Part shown: in pieces, positions 1 through 8,228 of the stretch
Numbering within the stretch: the stretch's first letter is position 1
Layout: every line of letters starts with the position of its first letter
Assembly (NCBI RefSeq): GCF_964247315.1
Contig: NZ_CAXTTT010000005.1
Span: 20,373-84,372, forward strand
DNA from: an uncultured Nostoc sp.
GTDB taxonomy: Bacteria > Cyanobacteriota > Cyanobacteriia > Cyanobacteriales > Nostocaceae
Direction: 5' to 3'
Length of the DNA: 64,000 nt
Notes under the pieces: generated by a model
Seen by the model: only the letters and a program-made list of their open reading frames with translations
What the model was told of the DNA's origin: nothing
Database searches by the model: none
Program-made: the position numbers and the translations under genes

Positions 1-2
1 TA

Positions 3-161
3 GAAGCGATCGCTGATTATCAACTTTTAGATCCTAGCGGCGAAATCGCAGTTGAACACGCTTTACAAGGTTGGATACCGCCAGAGATTCCCGCTTGGGA
101 AATTTGCCGCCAGAAAGTTTACGGCAACACATCACTTACTTTCTACAGAATTATGGAATGA
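3..161 (+). CDS. 3' end of a gene starting upstream of the window (product not identifiable)
   Basis: Frame 3 is open from the window edge to TGA at 159-161 (...QKVYGNTSLTFYRIME*). No family recognised. Confidence 0.3.
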   Translation, partial: EAIADYQLLDPSGEIAVEHALQGWIPPEIPAWEICRQKVYGNTSLTFYRIME

Positions 162-264
162 AAAGAGTGGGGAGTGGGGAAGAAAAATTGCTTCCTTGTC
201 CTCCTTGTCCCCCTTCCCTCATCCCACTCAGCACTCAGTTCAACACTCAGCACTGGGCATTGCC

Positions 265-378
265 TCATCCCCCCAACTGATTGGGGCGCTTGTATTGCTT
301 ATATGCAGCGTAAAAAAGTCCGGCGAGAGTGACGAAAACTAAACCAAGGACAATACCTGATAGCAGGGGTTCGACCAC
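265..378 (-). CDS. petG: cytochrome b6-f complex subunit 5 (PetG), 37 aa
   Basis: Hand translation of the minus strand gives (GTG)[36 protein letters not shown], which matches the conserved PetG sequence. GGAGA lies 6 nt upstream. Too short for the supplied ORF track. Confidence 0.85.
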   Translation of the reverse strand: MVEPLLSGIVLGLVFVTLAGLFYAAYKQYKRPNQLGG

Positions 379-587
379 TGTAAATCTCCTTTTTGTAATT
401 ATTAAATATTCGTTGCCTGTTTTTTATTTTACCAAATTTCGTATGAATCCTGTGCCCTACAACCTTTTAGAGGGCGACTACCCGCAAAAAAATAGTCTTC
501 TGTGCTTGCAGACACAATCAAGAACTTTTAAGCTATGTGTAGGAAATGAAAACTTTTTAGCACACCTAGACTTTCACAGCAAACCTT

Positions 588-962
588 TTGGATAACCAGA
601 TTACCAAACCTGAAATTTTGATTCAGCGGATCGTTTTATTGACGCTGGCTATACTGCTAGGAGTCCCTTTGGGCTTTTTTGGTATTCAGTTGGTTCAAGC
701 CTCCGATCCATACGTCAAGAGTGTTCTATCCCTAACAGGAAATCCAGTTCAAGGACACGCGATCTTTCAAATTAACTGTGCTGGTTGTCATGGCTTGGAA
801 GCAGACGGGCGAGTGGGGCCAAGTTTACAAGCTGTTTCAAAGCACAAGTCTCGGTATGGGCTGATTCACCAAGTAACCAGTGGCGAAACACCGCCAATGC
901 CAAAATTCCAACCTAGTGCTCAAGAAATGGCGGATCTTTTGAACTATTTAGAGTCATTGTAG
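588..962 (+). CDS. membrane-anchored c-type cytochrome (CytM-like)
   Basis: N-terminal hydrophobic helix, CAGCHG heme-binding motif (CxxCH) and a distal PPMP Met ligand region. The start is TTG and uncertain. Confidence 0.7.
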   Translation: MDNQITKPEILIQRIVLLTLAILLGVPLGFFGIQLVQASDPYVKSVLSLTGNPVQGHAIFQINCAGCHGLEADGRVGPSLQAVSKHKSRYGLIHQVTSGETPPMPKFQPSAQEMADLLNYLESL

Positions 963-1721
963 ACCTAAGAATTTTTGGTTATAGGATACATAAATACCCT
1001 TATGTGAAAAGGCAGTATAAAATGTGTGTCTTTTCACACTAATTACCCTTATAAACAGACCCCCTAGATGCTCGATAGCGTTCGCGCAGCGTCTTGTAGA
1101 GAAGCTTTAGCAACGTAGGAGCGTTGCCCTCAGCACATCATGCCTGCTCTACTTAAGAAAATTATAAACGCTTAGATGCGAGATGCTGCGCGTCGCTTGC
1201 TTTCCCGTAGGGATATGCAGACTCATTAAAGTCCTCAGCGTCTACCCTTATCTACCAAACACTCTTTTGAGGTTGAGACAAAAACTGCGACACCAATACC
1301 ACTGTGCCTCTACACATAATAATAGAAACCTCAAAACACCCTAGTACATCGCGGTGAAAATAAACATACCATTCCAAATGAAGGAAAAGCCCGGAATACA
1401 ATTATGCGTGACTTTTGACTTTTGACTTCCGCGCAGCGGTACTAGCTCAGTCTGATAAACTTCGTCTTCTAAAGTCCTAGTCCTAGTGGCGAGAACTGTC
1501 TTTTGTCTTTATCTTCACATCTGCTGGTATTTGCGTAGAATCTTTGATAAAAACTCATATAAACTGTATATTTTTAAGTATGTTAGTAAGTAACTATCTA
1601 ATTATTGCGAAAGTGAGGTTATTATACCTAACTCTGTAGAATTAAGGTAAAAGTTCCTAGACAATCGGCTAAGGTAAAGCTTCTTTAACAGACTAGATAT
1701 TCTTGAGATGACCGAAAGCTA

Positions 1722-2486
1722 ATGACTGAAGCGATCCAAATCGGTAATCGTACAATTACAGCTAGTGAACTGATTTCTTTACTGGCAAGTTACCAAATGC
1801 TGCCACAGTTGCAGCGGGAATTAATTATTGATGAGGCGATAGAGCGAAACTCACGCTCTGCCGAGGTAGTAATAGAGTGTACCCCTGAGGAAGTAGCCCA
1901 AGCTAAACAGCAGTTTTATGCTGAAAAACAGTTTAAAAATGAAGAAGATATCCAGGCTTGGATGGCACATCAAGGGCTGACTCCCGATCAACTAGAAGTT
2001 ATTACCACTCGTAAGCTAAAAATTGAAAAATTTAAGCAAGCCACTTGGGGTAATAAACTAGAATCTTACTTTTTTCAGTCCAAAGCAAAACTGGACAAAG
2101 TAATTTATTCCCTACTGCGAACCCAGGATGTAGGAATTGCCCAAGAACTCTACTTCAGGATTCAGGCAAAAGAAAATTCTTTTGCTGATTTGGCGCGGGA
2201 ATACTCACTCGGGCCGGAAGCCCAAACTGGTGGCTTAGTAGGCCCAATTGAACTGAATGCACTACATCCGATAATGGTACAAATGCTCTCTAGCAGTCAA
2301 CCAGGTCAGATATTGCCCCCTACCCGGATCGCTGAATGGTTTGTGATTTTGCGGTTAGAAAAATTTATTCCAGCACAACTGGATGAATTTATGAAAATGC
2401 GTCTTTTGAACGAACTCTTTGAAAACTGGCTACAAGAACAGCAAAAGCAAATCATGTCTGCACCACAAGGGGAGGTGGATACGTGA
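1722..2486 (+). CDS. peptidylprolyl isomerase, parvulin (PpiC/SurA-like) family
   Basis: 254-aa ORF. C-terminal FADLAREYSLGPEAQTGGLVGP is a parvulin rotamase signature. Confidence 0.7.
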   Translation: MTEAIQIGNRTITASELISLLASYQMLPQLQRELIIDEAIERNSRSAEVVIECTPEEVAQAKQQFYAEKQFKNEEDIQAWMAHQGLTPDQLEVITTRKLKIEKFKQATWGNKLESYFFQSKAKLDKVIYSLLRTQDVGIAQELYFRIQAKENSFADLAREYSLGPEAQTGGLVGPIELNALHPIMVQMLSSSQPGQILPPTRIAEWFVILRLEKFIPAQLDEFMKMRLLNELFENWLQEQQKQIMSAPQGEVDT

Positions 2487-2698
2487 CAGGCAGGCGATAA
2501 ACCTTTAACCTAAGTATGGGACTCACCTACCATGCTTGGCTTCAAAACTGAAGTTAGCGATCGCCATCACTACGTTTGTGGAGCGTTTGGAAGACAAGAT
2601 AGGCTCTACAGTGAGTCTAGCACTGTAGAGGAACTTCAAAATTTATAATAAGTTGTTGAGAAAAAGCTAAAAACTAGACTAGGCAAGAAGAAATACAG

Positions 2699-3541
2699 AT
2701 GATCCGACCGCGTAAGGTCTTTGCTCAACATTGGCTCAAAAGTGAAAAGGCACTCGACGCAATTATTAAAGCAGCAGAGTGTACAGAAAGCGATCGCTCC
2801 CTCAAAGGCGATCACGTCCTAGAAATTGGGCCTGGAACTGGCATTCTGACTCGTCGTTTATTACCCTTAGTGCAATCTCTGGTTGCAGTTGAAATAGACC
2901 GCGACTTATGCCAACTGTTGTCAAAGCAGCTTGGTAAGACTGAAAATTTTTTACTGCTGCAAGGCGATTTTCTCACTCTAGATTTACCATCTTATCTAGC
3001 AGCCTTTCCCAATTTCCAACCGCCAAATAAGGTAGTAGCCAATATTCCCTACAATATTACAGGGCCAATCATTGAGAAACTACTGGGTACGATCGCTAAC
3101 CCTAACCCCGAACCATTTGACTCAATAGTGTTGCTGGTACAAAAAGAAGTGGCAGAAAGGTTATATGCTAAACCAGGATCGAAAGCCTTTGGGGCGTTGA
3201 GTGTGCGGGTACAGTATTTGGCTGAGTGTGAGTTAATCTGCACAGTCCCAGCAGGCGCATTCCATCCACCGCCAAAAGTCGATTCAGCAGTAGTGCGATT
3301 GCGCCACCGAAAAATAGAGATACCAGCACTTAATCCCCGACAGTTAGAAAATTTCTTAAAGTTGGGGTTTGGTGCAAAACGCAAAATGTTACGAAATAAT
3401 TTGCAATCAGTTATAGAACGCGATCGCTTGAGCCACTTACTGGAACAATTAAAAATAAATCCCCAAGCCAGAGCTGAAGACCTCAGCGTTCAGCAATGGG
3501 TAATTCTAGCAAATAAATTGGGAGTGGAGAGTAGGGAGTAA
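2699..3541 (+). CDS. rsmA: 16S rRNA (adenine1518/1519-N6)-dimethyltransferase
   Basis: AQHWL...VLEIGPGTGILT SAM motif and NIPYNITGPI motif, typical KsgA/RsmA. Confidence 0.95.
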   Translation: MIRPRKVFAQHWLKSEKALDAIIKAAECTESDRSLKGDHVLEIGPGTGILTRRLLPLVQSLVAVEIDRDLCQLLSKQLGKTENFLLLQGDFLTLDLPSYLAAFPNFQPPNKVVANIPYNITGPIIEKLLGTIANPNPEPFDSIVLLVQKEVAERLYAKPGSKAFGALSVRVQYLAECELICTVPAGAFHPPPKVDSAVVRLRHRKIEIPALNPRQLENFLKLGFGAKRKMLRNNLQSVIERDRLSHLLEQLKINPQARAEDLSVQQWVILANKLGVESRE

Positions 3542-3639
3542 GGAACAAGGCAGATTTTTTTCCATTCCCCATACTTCATTCCCCATTCTCCATTCCCCCT
3601 TATCCCCAGAGGGGACCCCACCTTCCCCACTCCCAGAAA

Positions 3640-4593
3640 ATGCGTTCTTACAGCCTAATTGCCCCTGCTAAAATCAACTTGTATCTGGAAATCATTGGCG
3701 ATCGCCCTGATGGCTATCACGAATTAGCCATGATACTTCAAAGTATTGGTCTTGCAGACCAAATTGGTGTGCGTTCGAGCAGCACTGACAGTATCCGTGT
3801 TCGCTGCAACCACCCACAAGTACCGACAGATAAAAGTAATCTGGTATACCGCGCAGCAGAATTAATGATGAGGCAATTTCCCCAAGCCTTTGCTAAATAT
3901 GGAGGCGTGGAGATTACGATTAATAAGCAGATTCCTGTCGCTGCTGGGTTGGCTGGGGGTTCGACAAATGCAGCAGCTGTGCTGGTAGGGATAGATTTAC
4001 TGTGGAAGTTGGGGCTAACTCAGTCAGAATTAGAGGAGTTGGCAGGCACACTTGGTTCAGATGTACCATTTTGTGTAGCGGGTGGAACTGCAATCGCAAC
4101 AGGTAGAGGTGAGCAACTTTCTTTGCTGCCAAGTTTAGACAATATCTATATAGTGTTAGCAAAATACCGCAGTTTGGAAGTTTCCACCGCTTGGGCATAT
4201 AAAACCTATCGACAGCAGTTTGGTCATTCTTATATTAGAGATAGCAACAACTTGATAGCGCGTGCTAATGCAGTTCATTCAGGAGCAATAGTAAAAGCTG
4301 TCCTAGATAAAAATGCGGCAGAAATTGCCCGAAAACTGCACAATGATTTAGAACGAGTTGTATTGCCAGACTATCCCCAAGTCTTGCAACTGCGAGAAGT
4401 GTTTGCAAATCAAGAAGGTGTTTTAGGAACAATGATGTCTGGTTCTGGGCCAACAGTATTTGCTCTTTTGGAGTCTCAACAGCAGGCAGAACAAGTGAAG
4501 TTACAAGTTAAAGAAGCAATTCATGATGAAGACTTAGAATTGTTTGTGACTCGAACAATTACACATGGTATTCAGGTGGCATCTTCAATTTAA
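3640..4593 (+). CDS. ispE: 4-(cytidine 5'-diphospho)-2-C-methyl-D-erythritol kinase
   Basis: APAKINLYLEI N-terminus and GHMP kinase motif PVAAGLAGGSTNAAA. Confidence 0.95.
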   Translation: MRSYSLIAPAKINLYLEIIGDRPDGYHELAMILQSIGLADQIGVRSSSTDSIRVRCNHPQVPTDKSNLVYRAAELMMRQFPQAFAKYGGVEITINKQIPVAAGLAGGSTNAAAVLVGIDLLWKLGLTQSELEELAGTLGSDVPFCVAGGTAIATGRGEQLSLLPSLDNIYIVLAKYRSLEVSTAWAYKTYRQQFGHSYIRDSNNLIARANAVHSGAIVKAVLDKNAAEIARKLHNDLERVVLPDYPQVLQLREVFANQEGVLGTMMSGSGPTVFALLESQQQAEQVKLQVKEAIHDEDLELFVTRTITHGIQVASSI

Positions 4594-4743
4594 ATAAATC
4601 TTTATCGTTAAATCAAGTTTTTTAGTTGCATAGTTCAAATCGCTAGTAAAGAGGCATAAATGCAATTTGAATGACGATTAGCTGAGGGCAAAAATTATTC
4701 CTAATGCTCCAATCCAATATCTAACATCTCAAATCTAAATATT

Positions 4744-5073
4744 ATGAATGACCAAAATCTCACGCCGCAAACAGATGCTAAAGAACAGGTAACAGCTAGT
4801 CCGTTACGCTGTTTTACTGGGGCGGTGATTTCTGGAGGGATGGGATTTGCAGCGTATTCGCTGATGATTGCGATCGCGACAAATTTTGCTAGTAAACCGA
4901 TCCATTCAATCAATCCATTGGTGGTGAAGATTTCTTCTGCTGTTCGCACTCTGGTTGTTGGTGTAGTTGCTTTAGGTAGCGGGATTTTTGCTATAGTGGC
5001 AATTGGTTTGTTGGCTTTGGGAGTGCAATTATTAGTGCAGCAATTAACGAAGCAAAAAAGTAGTGAAAACTAG
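4744..5073 (+). CDS. small membrane protein (DUF3082-like)
   Basis: 109 aa with two predicted TM helices. Family assignment is from memory only. Confidence 0.55.
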   Translation: MNDQNLTPQTDAKEQVTASPLRCFTGAVISGGMGFAAYSLMIAIATNFASKPIHSINPLVVKISSAVRTLVVGVVALGSGIFAIVAIGLLALGVQLLVQQLTKQKSSEN

Positions 5074-5552
5074 CAACTTGCTTTTAATCAGTAACCTAAA
5101 GCACAAGTTTTTCTAAAACAGCACGATTTACCTTTACTGTGCAAGGAGTTGATTTTACTCTTGCCAAATTTATTTAACATGAACAGCAAGTGCAGATGCA
5201 GTGCTACTGGTTGCAGCAATTCTCTGGTTTACTGCAACCCTACTTATTTTAGTCAAGCTTTTTAGGATTGATATAGACGCAAAGCGGTGAGGCAGTGCGT
5301 TGGGCAGGTTCTCCGACTTGAAGCAACTGCCGTTAGCGCAGCGTTAGTGAGGTACGAGCGTCACCCGGAGGGCTTGTCGTCAGACATCGCTCCTTGAATA
5401 GCAGATGTTGTAATTTTGGTGTATAGTATAAAATTTGACTTTAAAAAAGTTCGTTTTGACACTTTATAGACTGGCTCAATATTCACGAATTTATGCGGAA
5501 TTGATACCAGCAATACTGAAATTGATAATAGCAACATTATTTATAAGCAAAA

Positions 5553-6161
5553 TTGATGAACACAATCAAGAGATATTTTTTACCCCTTATTTTTGTGACA
5601 ATGGTTGTGAGCCTCGGTAGTTGTAGTTCTAACCCCACCGCAAGTAATATTGACAGCGCAACGTCATACCCTACCACAGCATCAACGAATAGCGTATCTT
5701 CTCAAACTCCCAGCCAAATTCCTAGCGTAGCTCAGTTAAGAGAAAAATCTCCTAATCAAGAATCTCCTAAAGAAAATACGCCTTTCCCATCAACTTCTAA
5801 AATCGCTATTAGCAAAACTACTAGCGTAACAGTATACACAAGTGATACCCAATGTCAAAAACTAATTCCAGAAAAGGTTTCAGTACCAGCCGGTGAACCA
5901 GTGACAAATGTCGTGAGTAAAATCTTAGAAAAACGAGATACAAGCGACTTTAGCTTGTCTGGGTATCGTGTCAACATCAAAAATGGCATTGCTACAGTTG
6001 ATTTACGCATATCTCCTGAGTCAAAGCGGCAAATAACTTCTCTTTCTAGTTGTGAACAGTTTGCTCTGTTTGGTAGTCTCCGCAAAACCTTAACGAGTAA
6101 TGCTCAATGGAATATTAAAGAGGTTCGCTTCACCGAGCGAGGCGAAGATATTGTTCTTTAG
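5553..6161 (+). CDS. lipoprotein with GerMN-like C-terminal domain
   Basis: Signal peptide with lipobox (VVSLGSC), S/T/P-rich linker and a C-terminal domain resembling GerMN. Confidence 0.55.
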   Translation: MMNTIKRYFLPLIFVTMVVSLGSCSSNPTASNIDSATSYPTTASTNSVSSQTPSQIPSVAQLREKSPNQESPKENTPFPSTSKIAISKTTSVTVYTSDTQCQKLIPEKVSVPAGEPVTNVVSKILEKRDTSDFSLSGYRVNIKNGIATVDLRISPESKRQITSLSSCEQFALFGSLRKTLTSNAQWNIKEVRFTERGEDIVL

Positions 6162-6332
6162 TTAAATATTGTAGTAAGTGCTGTCATCAGCTAGCTAAAA
6201 AAATTTCCTAATCTGAACAGCCACAGGACTCATGCATCAGCAGTTGTCAAAATGGTGTATGTTCTAGCCAATTGAAAACAGCTGTAAATAGTGGTATGAT
6301 TAATTTTAGCCATGAGTCTATGGTAGCAATTC

Positions 6333-6404
6333 GCGGGTGTAATTCAGTGGTAGAATGTCACCTTCCCATGGTGAACGTCGTGGGTTCGAGTCCCATCGCC
6401 CGCT
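6333..6404 (+). tRNA. tRNA-Gly (anticodon CCC)
   Basis: Folded by hand: 7-bp acceptor stem GCGGGTG/CGCCCGC, D arm ATTC/GAAT, anticodon stem TCACC/GGTGA with loop TTCCCAT, T arm GTGGG-TTCGAGT-CCCAT. 72 nt, CCA not encoded. Confidence 0.9.
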
Positions 6405-6406
6405 TT

Positions 6407-6531
6407 TGTACATTCGCTAATTATATGTCGTGATTCGCAAATTAGTGTCGTTTTTCGGAAATTAGTGTTGATTAGGCTATTTTTTAGGGTCGATTTAATT
6501 ATGCTAATTTTTTGCAAATTAATGTCGTCTT
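6407..6531. repeat. transposon end (cas12k-proximal) with four or more TnsB-binding-site-like ~20-bp repeats
   Basis: TGTACA terminus, then TTCGCTAATTATATGTCGTG (6413), TTCGCAAATTAGTGTCGTTT (6434), TTCGGAAATTAGTGTTGATT (6454) and TTTGCAAATTAATGTCGTCTT (6511). The first three are phased at 20-21 bp. Confidence 0.7.
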
Positions 6532-6730
6532 AGATTATGGTCTAATTTACACACTAGCTTCTATATTAAACTCATTCACCAGTATTTTGCTAAACCAAGT
6601 TTCAATGGGCAAATTTTCTTACTCTGCACTCAGTACTAACCCTTACCCATTGAACATAATTATAATGAAGCAACTAATCAATGAAAGTACTTGGTAGTAT
6701 ATTGTTTTTACAAGGAAATACTCATTTATT

Positions 6731-6862
6731 TCAACCTTCCATTAGCCAGTATAGCTTTTGACACTTTAGGTGATTTCCAGAATAAAAATTACCACCCAAC
6801 ATCATTCCATCGTAAGTGTCTTCTTCAGCAACCAAGCGACATTGAATTGTAATAACGCTCAT
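6731..6862 (-). pseudogene. cas12k: cas12k 5' remnant; only about 16 codons of Cas12k-like sequence remain
   Basis: The minus-strand ORF starts MSVITIQCRLVAEEDT, matching the Cas12k N-terminus as I recall it (ShCas12k MSQITIQARLIS...). It then degenerates to a stop after 43 codons. Confidence 0.65.
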
Positions 6863-6930
6863 GGTGTTCTCAGCCTTGTGGATTCGGTAACACTGACAGG
6901 GTTGTTAATTGTTTTTTTACTTCCAAGATT

Positions 6931-6960
6931 ATAGCGCAATGCCGCAATAGCGCAATGCCG
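6931..6960. promoter_or_regulatory. two direct 14-bp repeats (ATAGCGCAATGCCG x2, 16-bp phasing); candidate operator between the divergent cas12k stub and the RHH gene
   Basis: Exact repeats at 6931-6944 and 6947-6960 in the 162-bp divergent intergenic region. Confidence 0.45.
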
Positions 6961-7024
6961 TAAATGTTTTTTTACTGAGAGGCTGTGCAAAAATGAAAGC
7001 CGCAAGCTTTGGCTTCAAATTAGG

Positions 7025-7198
7025 ATGGCAGAAGAAACTAGAGAAGTTCGGGGTAGACTCCCTAAAGACTTAAAAATCGCCTTTGAAATTGCCTGTGCGC
7101 GTCTGGAATTGACCCAGACTGCGGCTTTGGAGGAGGCGATTAGAGATTGGTTGAAAAAAAAAGATTCCCCTCCTGGTGGAGAGTCACAGGGGAGTTAA
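7025..7198 (+). CDS. ribbon-helix-helix (CopG/Arc-like) DNA-binding protein, 57 aa; candidate CAST regulator
   Basis: Hand translation: MAEETREVRGRLPKDLKIAFEIACARLELTQTAALEEAIRDWLKKKDSPPGGESQGS*. Shows a beta-strand/helix/helix pattern. Divergent from the cas12k stub. Too short for the ORF track. Confidence 0.55.
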   Translation: MAEETREVRGRLPKDLKIAFEIACARLELTQTAALEEAIRDWLKKKDSPPGGESQGS

Positions 7199-7931
7199 AG
7201 GGTTATGGTCAAAAATACTAGAGTGTTTGTATGATATATATCGTAAATTTGTGTTGGTTACTGCTTTGTCAGCCTTTGTGAGAAGGCGAGGTTTACACCT
7301 ACATCAATCGACGCAAAATCGCTTTATCGAGGAAGTTGTGCGCCAAGAAGTAAAGATGTTCCCAGAACAGGCTTTAAGAGAACTTATTGCTAATGCTTTG
7401 GTACATCAGGATTTTCTAGCCACAGGTACTTCAGTGATGATCGATATGTATAGCGATCGCATTGAGATATCTAATCCCGGCATCCCACCGATTAAGGTAG
7501 AGCGATTTATTGATGAAAATCGCTCCCGCAACGAACAACTTGCCAAGCTAATGCGAATTTTCGGTATATGTGAGGAAAAAGGCAGTGGCATTGACAAAGT
7601 TGTAAGCGCGGCAGAAATGTTTCAACTACCCGCACCAGATTTTCGAGTAGGTGACACACGCACTACAGCAGTGCTGTTTGCCCATCAGGATTTCGCCGAT
7701 ATGAGCAAGAGCGATCGAATTCGAGCCTGCTACCAGCATTGCTGTCTGCTGTATGTCAGCAATCAACGAATGTCTAACCAAGCCCTACGAGAGCGGTTTC
7801 GTCTAAGTGAGTCACAAGCAGCTAATGTTTCTTACATTATAGGATTCACCAAAGAAGCTGGCTTAATCAAGGCAGATGAATCCGAATCAACCTCTACCCG
7901 CTATGCTCGCTATCTCCCTTTTTGGGCATAA
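7176..7931 (+). CDS. ATP-binding protein fragment (HATPase_c_4 / RecG-like putative transcriptional regulator), apparently lacking its N-terminal AlbA_2 domain
   Basis: RELIANALVHQDF...IEISNPG motif typical of the C-terminal half of this family. No N-terminal domain and no convincing start, so it is probably 5'-truncated. Confidence 0.5.
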   Translation: MESHRGVKGLWSKILECLYDIYRKFVLVTALSAFVRRRGLHLHQSTQNRFIEEVVRQEVKMFPEQALRELIANALVHQDFLATGTSVMIDMYSDRIEISNPGIPPIKVERFIDENRSRNEQLAKLMRIFGICEEKGSGIDKVVSAAEMFQLPAPDFRVGDTRTTAVLFAHQDFADMSKSDRIRACYQHCCLLYVSNQRMSNQALRERFRLSESQAANVSYIIGFTKEAGLIKADESESTSTRYARYLPFWA

Positions 7932-8222
7932 AAGTGCTTAAAAGCAAACCGAGATTAGTCACTCTCAAAGCCTGAAACCCTTGTAAAAACAATAAAAAAG
8001 TCCTTAAAAGCAAATCGAGATCAGTCACTCTCAAAGCCTGAAACCCTTGCAAAAACAATAAAAAAGTCCTTAAAAGCAAATCGAGATTAGTCACTCTCAA
8101 AGCCTGAAACCCTTGCAAAAACAATAAAAAAGTCCTTAAAAGCAAATCGAGATTAGTCACTCTCAAAGCCTGAAACCCTTGCAAAAACAATAAAAAAGTC
8201 CTTAAAAGCAAATCGAGATGAG
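7930..8222. repeat. 66-bp tandem repeat, about 4.4 copies, ending 6 bp before the hsdR start codon
   Basis: Period measured from the AAAAG anchors: G at 7934, 8000, 8066, 8132 and 8198. Copies 2-5 are nearly identical. Confidence 0.9.
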
Positions 8223-8228
8223 CGAAAT

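Noticed and set aside
52-595. ORFs 52-342, 71-280 and 329-595 at the window start
   Set aside because: They overlap the true 3' gene end (3-161) and petG (265-378, opposite strand) and have low-complexity translations. The petG assignment explains the region better.
6339-6407. crRNA-guided homing into tRNA-Gly (a GTA/GTG PAM-like triplet lies 60-66 bp upstream of the insertion point)
   Set aside because: The geometry fits V-K CAST spacing. But I could find no guide-like sequence in the relic matching the tRNA, and the element polarity looks opposite to the expected one. It is kept only as a remark, not a claim.
7930-8222. Possible CRISPR array inside the CAST relic
   Set aside because: The 66-bp units are contiguous and nearly identical over their whole length. 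There are no unique spacers, so this is a plain tandem repeat, not repeat-spacer architecture.
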